64,000 nt of DNA from Nitrospirota bacterium (GTDB taxonomy: Bacteria > UBA2233): contig WOZJ01000018.1 in the NCBI GenBank assembly GCA_011620345.1, positions 1 to 64,000 on the forward strand, given 5' to 3'. Each line of letters begins with the position of its first letter. Position 1 is the first letter of the stretch. The notes under the pieces were generated by a model. The model saw only the letters and a list, made by a program, of their open reading frames with translations, had not been told where the DNA came from and ran no database searches. Of the stretch, positions 21,237 through 28,248 are shown one piece after another. The translations under genes were made by a program, and so were the position numbers.

Positions 21237-22709
21237 CTACTTTGTTTGGCTTTGAAACAACTCCTTCAACCCTTCGGCCCAGGCCAGCATAGCCCGAAAA
21301 ACATCCAAAGAAGCCGATTCGAAATACAGCCTGATTTTGTTCTCGGTGCCAGATGGGCGGATCAAAATCCAAGAGTCATCTTCAAAGTACCTCTTGTAGC
21401 CGTCCAGCGAGGAATCGTGCAGCATCGAGGCCCCTTGGAAGGCGCTTGGGAGGCTTTCGATCGCCAAGCGGAAGGCTTTCTCGGATCGGGCTTCCGCAAT
21501 GGGGATGTCCAACCTCTGGAAGGTAAGCTCTCCGTACCGAGACCTAAGCCTTAAGAGCTGCTCGTGGAAAGGCCCTTCTTTGACCCGCATTTCAAGCGCA
21601 AACATGTCGGTCAAAAGCCCGTCTTTATCCGGGATGTTCGGGGAGTACGCAAAACCTCCACTCTCTTCGACGCCTAGAAGTCCCGAAGATTGCACCATCC
21701 GCGATGCAATGTTTTTGAATCCTACGGGGCTCTCGATCACCTCGACGCCAAAGGCCCTTGCAATACGGTCGACCATGCTTGAGGTGGAAACGCTCTTGAC
21801 GACGGCTCCCCTTTCCCCGCGCACACGAAGCAGGTAATCGACAATCAGCGCAATCAAATCGGTGTTATCGACATAAACCCCCTGATCGTCCATCACCCCA
21901 AAGCGGTCCCCGTCGCCGTCCGTTGCCAGGCCAAGGAGCGCCCCTCTTTGGCGAACCTCGTAAGCCAGGTCACGAAGCGCCCTAGGGGAGGGGGCGGTTT
22001 CGTCAAGGCCTCCAAAGTATGGGTCTGGCTGAGCATGCAGCGGAAACGCGACAGCTCCCACTTTGTTCAGCAGGCTTCCAAAGCACCGGGCACTGGCGCC
22101 GTGAAGAGAGTCGTATACGACAAAGGGATTGGCCTTGTAAATTGCCTGTACATCGAGCAGCGAACACAGATGCTCTACATAATCCTCCTTTGCGGACACG
22201 CTCCGGAGCATCCCTTCGGTTTCGATCGGCTTGGGTACAACGGTGCTTTTATCGCACAAGGCCTCGATTTCGCCCGTTAAAGAGCCGTCCGCAAGCCCCG
22301 TACGCGTTGTAAGCTTGACGCCATGATAGTAAAACGGGTTATGGCTTGCTGTAACGTTGATCCCCAAGTCGTATTTGCCTTGAATGGTCGCAAAAGACAG
22401 CGCCGGGGTTGTTATCGGATAAGCCTCAAAATCTACGGAAACCCCAGAACGCACGAGCGTACAGGCGATCAATTCTGCAAACAACCTGGAAAAAAAGCGC
22501 GTATCGTACCCTAGACGAACAACGCGTTGGGCTTCTGGATAGCCCAGACTCAGGTAGACGGCAATTGCGTTTGCAAGGGTTACAACTTTGGAGAGCGTAA
22601 CTTCTCGGGCAAGGATCCCCCGCCAACCGGAGGTACCAAATCGGATGGGAAAATCGCTTTTATCGAACGTCAGGTTCTCAAAAAGCCCTAAAAATTGGAG
22701 GATATCCAT
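21237..22709 (-). CDS. phosphoglucomutase/phosphomannomutase family protein
   Basis: FGTSGWRG, TASHNP, DGDGDR, GFK, EESGG, DKDG, RPSGTE; ATG start at 22709 is inferred. Confidence 0.93.
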   Translation of the reverse strand: MDILQFLGLFENLTFDKSDFPIRFGTSGWRGILAREVTLSKVVTLANAIAVYLSLGYPEAQRVVRLGYDTRFFSRLFAELIACTLVRSGVSVDFEAYPITTPALSFATIQGKYDLGINVTASHNPFYYHGVKLTTRTGLADGSLTGEIEALCDKSTVVPKPIETEGMLRSVSAKEDYVEHLCSLLDVQAIYKANPFVVYDSLHGASARCFGSLLNKVGAVAFPLHAQPDPYFGGLDETAPSPRALRDLAYEVRQRGALLGLATDGDGDRFGVMDDQGVYVDNTDLIALIVDYLLRVRGERGAVVKSVSTSSMVDRIARAFGVEVIESPVGFKNIASRMVQSSGLLGVEESGGFAYSPNIPDKDGLLTDMFALEMRVKEGPFHEQLLRLRSRYGELTFQRLDIPIAEARSEKAFRLAIESLPSAFQGASMLHDSSLDGYKRYFEDDSWILIRPSGTENKIRLYFESASLDVFRAMLAWAEGLKELFQSQTK

Positions 22710-23770
22710 GATGCAAGCTGCTCCGGTGCAAACTTTCCTTTTGCTTGAAGCGCCCTCACCCGACCATTGAAGTTTTTGAACAAAGCCAGGTCGAATGCCT
22801 TCGGACAAGAACGGTCTACCGTCCCAACGACGGGAACCTTCAAGGTTTTTCCAGCGAACGAAGACAGCTCTTCTTGCCCCAGCTGCTCGATCCTGAGATC
22901 CTCCTTTGCATTACGAGACCACTCCAAGAACACAATCCCTTTCAGCTCTCCCCAGGGCTTTGCAATGCCATGACTGTACACTTCTTGTACGGGAACGTCA
23001 CGCTTCATCTCTAGATTCCAGAGGCTATCTTGCCCTAGGGATGCGAGCTCTTCTAGCTCCTTGTGGCTCAAGAGCGTCCGGAGGTGGGGGTCGGAGAAGA
23101 TCGTCCCGGGATTTACCCTAGGAAGCTTTGGAAACCCGACGGCTTGAATGGATGACCCTGCATATCCTACGAGCACCCTATCGTTGGCCACGTAACGGAA
23201 CCCTTCGCCAAGGAGTCTAAGGAGCGTCGTTGTCTTGCCTCTCCCGGAGCTCGAGGCGATGAGAACAACGCCACCCTCCCTTGTAGCCGCGGCGCCGGCG
23301 TGGAACAGCAAGAATCCAGCCTCAAGCCAGGCAAGGCTCAACACGTCGTTCACGACGTTGACCGCGGAATTCCAATCCGAAACGCCAGGCTCTTCAAACC
23401 ATACCACTCGCCGTTCACCGTTTACGATGTAGCGCAAGCCGGAGCGAACTTTCTTGATCACCAGGAAGGACCCTATTTTCAGCAAAGCATCTTTCGCCGA
23501 AATAGGCCCAAAGGAGAGCCCGTCGAGCCATTCTGGGAACCTTCCCACAAGCACCGACTTGAACTGGAGGCTTGGTCCAAAAGGCATCCTCCCCTCTTCG
23601 ACAAGGTAGGGGCCGTAGCGGTCCAGCAAAGGGGTCAGAGGCTTTTGGTTGGGTGCACTGACAATCAATTCCTGCCCCATGAGGACAAGCGGAAAACGAT
23701 GGATAGCCCTACGTTCCTCTTGCGCCAGGAAGGCCGCCAGGGAAGATTCAAGCGAGCCGTCGAAGGACAT
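22688..23770 (-). CDS. HprK-related kinase B (GAK system)
   Basis: LFHAG, P-loop SGRGKTT, NDR, PKLPRVNPGT; follows the GAK-type ATP-grasp gene; start is inferred. Confidence 0.85.
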   Translation of the reverse strand: MSFDGSLESSLAAFLAQEERRAIHRFPLVLMGQELIVSAPNQKPLTPLLDRYGPYLVEEGRMPFGPSLQFKSVLVGRFPEWLDGLSFGPISAKDALLKIGSFLVIKKVRSGLRYIVNGERRVVWFEEPGVSDWNSAVNVVNDVLSLAWLEAGFLLFHAGAAATREGGVVLIASSSGRGKTTTLLRLLGEGFRYVANDRVLVGYAGSSIQAVGFPKLPRVNPGTIFSDPHLRTLLSHKELEELASLGQDSLWNLEMKRDVPVQEVYSHGIAKPWGELKGIVFLEWSRNAKEDLRIEQLGQEELSSFAGKTLKVPVVGTVDRSCPKAFDLALFKNFNGRVRALQAKGKFAPEQLASWISSNF

Positions 23771-24638
23771 AGCCGGCAAACAATCGGGCGGCATCCAACC
23801 CGTATGCTTCATGCAGTCCACGAAACCCGCCAAAGGCGCTGACTTCGTAGACCAAAAAACCATCCGGCCCTTCGACAAGGTCCACTCCGGCATAACTAAG
23901 GCCAAACACGCGCTCAGCCTGTTTTGCTACCTCAAAGGCCGGCCCAGGGAGGTCGTAAGGCTCATAATGCCCGCCTTCTATAGTGGTCGTTTTCCAACTC
24001 CCCTCCTTCGCCACACGAGCATAGGCTTTAAGGAACTCTCCGCCAAGAAACATCACCCCTATGTCCCGCGTCCCTTTGGCAGGGATGAACTCTTGCACAT
24101 AAAAGAATGGGCCATGGGTTTGCTTCCAAGCCTCTAGCGCACCTTTCTCGGCTTCCGGCTTGCCCAAACCAACCCGGAGCATTCCACGAGCCTTTGAGGT
24201 GAAAAGGGGCTTGATGACGGCCTCTTGCACCTCCCTAAGGAAATTCAACACATCCTCGGACCGCTCCGTGATCAGGGTCTTTGGCATGGGAACGCCCGCA
24301 AGAGCAAGGCGGAGCGTCATGCTCATACGATCAATCGCCGCCGCGATCGCTTCGGGGGGAGAGAATACGGGCGTTCCCAGGGATTGAATCGCTTTGAGCT
24401 GCGCTACGCGCTCTGTCAGCGTAATATCGGAGGAATCGCCCAGCTTCTTCACTACCACCGCATCGATGGACAGCGCATCCTCGGACCCGAGGCGGACTTT
24501 AAGCGAAGGCAACGATGCCGCGATCGCATCGTAAGGGACCAAAAAAGCCTCGGCCCCCTCCTCGAGAAAGGCTTCTTTAAGCTTTTCGGAAGACCAACCG
24601 CCGGGGATACCGACAACCGCTATTCGCTTTGAGGCCAT
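23748..24638 (-). CDS. GAK system ATP-grasp enzyme (RimK-like)
   Basis: N-terminus IAVVGIPGGWSSE, VVKKLG, KPLFTSKARGM, DIGVMFLGG, YARV, VYEVSAFGGFRGL. Confidence 0.88.
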   Translation of the reverse strand: MASKRIAVVGIPGGWSSEKLKEAFLEEGAEAFLVPYDAIAASLPSLKVRLGSEDALSIDAVVVKKLGDSSDITLTERVAQLKAIQSLGTPVFSPPEAIAAAIDRMSMTLRLALAGVPMPKTLITERSEDVLNFLREVQEAVIKPLFTSKARGMLRVGLGKPEAEKGALEAWKQTHGPFFYVQEFIPAKGTRDIGVMFLGGEFLKAYARVAKEGSWKTTTIEGGHYEPYDLPGPAFEVAKQAERVFGLSYAGVDLVEGPDGFLVYEVSAFGGFRGLHEAYGLDAARLFAGYVLRRLA

Positions 24639-26224
24639 GCGATAAACCGTTCCAAGTGTAGAATGCCTAACAGATAAAGTTTTTTTGCCAACTCCAGTTG
24701 GTTGACAACCCTGCTCGAAGTAATGAACACGCGGCCCAATGCAACCATAAGCCTTCGTTTGGCATGGCGATCGCTGTAAGCGCGGCCAAACGCTTCGGCA
24801 AACCTTTCGAGTGATTCATTCACAAAGACTAAGTCTTCTTTAAGGTAGGTAGAAAGGAGTGGGTTTCGAATGTTCGAAACGATGATCGTTGCGATATCCT
24901 GAATATAATCCCCATAGCCGGAGCGGTGCACATCGATGAACTTTACGCCGTCTGTTCTGCTATCGTAAAACACATTATTGGAGTTAAAATCTCCGTGAAT
25001 CCAAACTTCAAACGGCGGGAGAACCTCTTCTTCTAGCAGGGCGGCTCCTTGAAGGAGTTCGGTTAAGGAAGGGGCTGACTTACCGCAAAAGGAAACGGGA
25101 AACTTCCTGATCTCTTCAAGCTCTGGATAAAAGGCATGCACCTCTTTTAGTCGCTTGATCAATTGAGGAACATAGCGGGTCGAAGGCTCTGCTTTTCGGA
25201 TTGTCGATTGCCATAGCATCCGAAGAACTTCGATAATCCTCTCGAGCGATCGACGTTTCAGCTCAAAGTCCCCGAAAAAGAGGATTTCTTCGAAAGTCTT
25301 GCCCTGGAGGTATTCCGTGACAAGGATCTCTCGGTCCCCAAAGTACTGCTCGACCGTTAATTTAGGAACGACTCCAGGATAAACCCTCTGCCAATCCTCG
25401 ATCTTCTGCGCCTCTTCCGAGATCTTACTCCGTTCACCTTCTTTAAGCACAAGACGCCGATGGCCATCTTGCTCCACAAGGAAAACGCGCGCGCCGCTTT
25501 TCCCCCCCCAAAGCGCCTGCATCCCGGCTACCGAGTGATTTTCTAGGGTTTCCCGGATATGCAGCAGCTGATGGACTTTTATCTTTTCTCCTAGAATCGT
25601 GTAAACCCCAAGCTCTCCCAAATTGGCAAGAACATCCCCCATGTTCTCGGCATATTTGAGGGCGAAGAGATAGGCGATTGGAAAATTCTCCTCGCTTAAG
25701 CCTACGCGACTCGCCTCATCGAAAAGGGCGGCTACTCCTCGCTGGTAAATTTCATCCAGCCTCACCTCGAAAGCGCAGACATCCTGCGCAAGCTCGATAT
25801 CTTTCTGAAAGAGCGCGTCGAGAGCCATCTTGAGCCCAGCATCAATGATATCTGCAAGCTCATCAATGGGCACCCACGGAGGTATCGGGGAGTTGTCCTT
25901 GATATGAAGGGTCTGCTTTGCGATGTTCACCCCGTAATCGGCCAGCTTCTCTAAGTTGGTCGAAACCCTTACGTACCCCCTAAGAGAGAGAACCTCCGGC
26001 TTAGGGAGCTTTCCTTGCTCAATGAGGTCAAAACACCGGTCTACAATAAGAACATTCAGGGCGTCGATTCGGTCGTCCTTATCGATCACGCCCTGGGCAA
26101 GCGCTTTATCTCCCCCCTTAAAGGCCTCGAAGGCCTCCGCAACGAGAGCTCCAACCATTCGGGCCATCTTGCCCAGCTCATGCTGGATGTTTTCTGCATC
26201 CAGCCTTGCGTTTGCAATATCCAT
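24620..26224 (-). CDS. PhoU-domain / APH-like phosphotransferase fusion (GAK-associated)
   Basis: Tandem PhoU repeats (DDRID, NLEKLADY, DEIY, ENMGD) followed by a kinase fold (GGKSG, VLK, HGDFNSNN, FIDVHRS..DYIQD). Confidence 0.88.
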   Translation of the reverse strand: MDIANARLDAENIQHELGKMARMVGALVAEAFEAFKGGDKALAQGVIDKDDRIDALNVLIVDRCFDLIEQGKLPKPEVLSLRGYVRVSTNLEKLADYGVNIAKQTLHIKDNSPIPPWVPIDELADIIDAGLKMALDALFQKDIELAQDVCAFEVRLDEIYQRGVAALFDEASRVGLSEENFPIAYLFALKYAENMGDVLANLGELGVYTILGEKIKVHQLLHIRETLENHSVAGMQALWGGKSGARVFLVEQDGHRRLVLKEGERSKISEEAQKIEDWQRVYPGVVPKLTVEQYFGDREILVTEYLQGKTFEEILFFGDFELKRRSLERIIEVLRMLWQSTIRKAEPSTRYVPQLIKRLKEVHAFYPELEEIRKFPVSFCGKSAPSLTELLQGAALLEEEVLPPFEVWIHGDFNSNNVFYDSRTDGVKFIDVHRSGYGDYIQDIATIIVSNIRNPLLSTYLKEDLVFVNESLERFAEAFGRAYSDRHAKRRLMVALGRVFITSSRVVNQLELAKKLYLLGILHLERFIAWPQSE

Positions 26225-26227
26225 GCC

Positions 26228-26533
26228 TCAAGGCTGGACCTCATTCTCAACAGGCTCACGCTCGATCGTAATCAGAAGTGGCTCAGCGGTCATCTCCGCC
26301 TTTTTCTCCCAGGAAAGCTTGAGCACGAGCTTTGCTTTCCCTTCTTTCTTTTTTGCCTCCACATCCAGCTCAATCGCCCCTTCGGGGGTCAAGTACATCT
26401 CTTCTCCGCCGCTTGTCAGGCGTACAGTCCCATTCCTTAGGGCGCTTGCGAGGCTCTCTAAATATTCGGCAACGATATGCGGTTCGGCGAACGTGCTAAA
26501 CTCAAACTCTTCTTTCTGCCCTCTTTTTGCCAT
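26228..26533 (-). CDS. amphi-Trp domain protein
   Basis: VAEYLESLASALRNG amphipathic helix, beta strands, terminal LKLSW; AGGAG RBS. Confidence 0.88.
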   Translation of the reverse strand: MAKRGQKEEFEFSTFAEPHIVAEYLESLASALRNGTVRLTSGGEEMYLTPEGAIELDVEAKKKEGKAKLVLKLSWEKKAEMTAEPLLITIEREPVENEVQP

Positions 26534-26590
26534 CTACGCCGCTCCTTTTATGACATTCTAAAGCCATTTTAGCGTTTTTTTCGGCAAGCC

Positions 26591-27118
26591 TCAATGCCCA
26601 AGAACCCTAAAGCCTTTTTCTGAGCGGTTTAAAGCCCTGTAGACTTTTCCTTCCTTTTGGAGCTTTCCCTCTCCGATCAGCCGGAGCACGACAGGAACCA
26701 GCTTTCTCCAGTTCTCTCCAAGGCCCTCACCCAACTCGATCAGCGAGGCACCGTGAGGTTTTACGTGCAACAAATAATCTAGCACCCTTTCGTCCTGCAA
26801 ATTGCTTCCAGGGGCCGACACAGGCTGAAAAGCGCCCTCGACGATGGTGTCGAACTCTTGGGGTCGAACATCTCGCACGCTCAACATAGGGACATCTTTC
26901 CAACTCAAAACAACTTTTACTTTTTCTTTATATTTGCTGGAGTTTATAGGCTTACGACTCGCCTTGATCCGCAACAGCGGGAGTGACGATCGAGCAAAAC
27001 TGAGGTGTTGCATCCCAGCTCGGATCGTAAAATGCCCCTCGCGCACGCCGTCGGCAAGGAAGCTAAGCAGGTTGGCCACCCTTTCCTTGTCCAATTTCAG
27101 CAGTTCCTTCATCACCAA
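26591..27118 (-). CDS. amphi-Trp domain protein with C-terminal winged-helix-like domain
   Basis: VANLLSFLADGVREG...KVVLSW, then VLDYL...GASLIELGEGLG...LIGEGKLQKEGKVY. Confidence 0.72.
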   Translation of the reverse strand: MVMKELLKLDKERVANLLSFLADGVREGHFTIRAGMQHLSFARSSLPLLRIKASRKPINSSKYKEKVKVVLSWKDVPMLSVRDVRPQEFDTIVEGAFQPVSAPGSNLQDERVLDYLLHVKPHGASLIELGEGLGENWRKLVPVVLRLIGEGKLQKEGKVYRALNRSEKGFRVLGH

Positions 27119-27341
27119 TGTCCAAGGCCCTCCCTTTCAACCCCTCGATCTTGAGGGCAATACGGAAGCGATCCCCATCCTCTTTGAGCTCAAACTCGAG
27201 CGCAACTGGACCGACAAGGAGTATGGGTTTCGAAGGCTCAAGCCCGCCTTCTACGACAAGCTTCCCCTTTGCAAACCCATACCCTAGGGTTCGAAGAAAT
27301 TCCGCCGCTTCATCTCGGTTTAGCGTACGCTTAAAACGCAT
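27063..27341 (-). CDS. amphi-Trp-like protein lacking the terminal Trp
   Basis: FKRTLNRDEAAEFLRTLGYGFAKG...ALEFELKE...IALKI. Confidence 0.68.
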   Translation of the reverse strand: MRFKRTLNRDEAAEFLRTLGYGFAKGKLVVEGGLEPSKPILLVGPVALEFELKEDGDRFRIALKIEGLKGRALDIGDEGTAEIGQGKGGQPA

Positions 27342-27369
27342 TCTCTTCTTTTGTCACACACATAACGGG

Positions 27370-28149
27370 CTAACAGGCCAAACGGCCGGGAACCTCCAAG
27401 GGAACTTCATCGATTCCCCTTGCACGCTTCACGGCCCTCTTGATCTTATGGCTCATGTACACCCTGAGTGCAGGGAATTTGCCGCAGTAATAGTTGGTCT
27501 TCCGGTCGTGGATGGCGCTAAACAGGTGCTCAAGGCCAAACCGCTCGTCCGGAACGAGGGTCGCTCTAACGGCCAATTGAAGCCAATGGTGGGCATCAGA
27601 CCCGCCTGTCACGGCAAGTTCGAGCTCAGAGGCGCGCTGAAGCAGCTTGAGCTCCAGCCCGTAATCCTTTCCGTTCACCTCCACGGCATCAAGACGCTTG
27701 AGAAGCCTTTCGGGAAACTTTTCTAGGTTTTTTTCTCCTCTAAACATGTGCGCACCGATAAGCAATACCTCAAGCCCATCGCGGGCACCAAGCAATTCCT
27801 CGAATGGCGGCTTGTAGCCCGACACCGGGGGCATAGAAAGCCTCGCTGCAAGGGTACGGACATGTTCAACCGGGCCTATGGCCAAGATGTCCCCCCCCTC
27901 GGCAATGCTAATCTCCGCGCCAGGAAGAAATGCAAAATTCTTTCCGACTCGGTACACCCCGTCTTTGTATGGAAAACGAGACGAAAAGTAGCGGTATACG
28001 CCAAAATAATCCGGCGCGTGCAAGTGCTCTGTAACCGCTATGCCTTGCAGGCCGACTACAGAAGCGGTCCTGATGTAACGATCGACGCGCTTCGGTTCGA
28101 ACGTGAACGTTTTGGATAGCATCATATGGGTGTGCAGGTCTATGACCAT
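27370..28149 (-). CDS. PHP-domain phosphoesterase
   Basis: DLHTH, TEH, GAE, AHMFR, EVNGK, GGSDAH; AGGAGG RBS. Confidence 0.9.
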   Translation of the reverse strand: MVIDLHTHMMLSKTFTFEPKRVDRYIRTASVVGLQGIAVTEHLHAPDYFGVYRYFSSRFPYKDGVYRVGKNFAFLPGAEISIAEGGDILAIGPVEHVRTLAARLSMPPVSGYKPPFEELLGARDGLEVLLIGAHMFRGEKNLEKFPERLLKRLDAVEVNGKDYGLELKLLQRASELELAVTGGSDAHHWLQLAVRATLVPDERFGLEHLFSAIHDRKTNYYCGKFPALRVYMSHKIKRAVKRARGIDEVPLEVPGRLAC

Positions 28150-28191
28150 TTATTGCCTCCTGACGGCTAGTGTTTTACCAATCATGAGATC

Positions 28192-28248
28192 AGCGTACCA
28201 CAGCCCAGGTTGCAGCTTTGTGACGGAAACGTTACGGTTTTATTACAA
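28192..28248 (-). promoter_or_regulatory. Pho-box-like array (4 x 11-bp units) plus -10 element
   Basis: Minus strand reads TTGTAAT-AAAA-CCGTAAC-GTTT-CCGTCAC-AAAG-CTGCAAC, then 11 nt, then TACGCT preceded by TGG; resembles PhoB CTGTCAT/C-N4 repeats. Confidence 0.75.

Noticed and set aside
26534-26590. Single TGTCAT-AAAA half-site and TAGAAT upstream of the third amphi-Trp gene
   Set aside because: There is no second in-phase heptamer and the -35/-10 spacing is wrong, so neither a Pho box nor a promoter can be called.
27063-27118. 56-nt overlap of two amphi-Trp ORFs, considered as one frameshifted gene
   Set aside because: The downstream ORF has its own GGAGG RBS and start codons, and both domains look complete.
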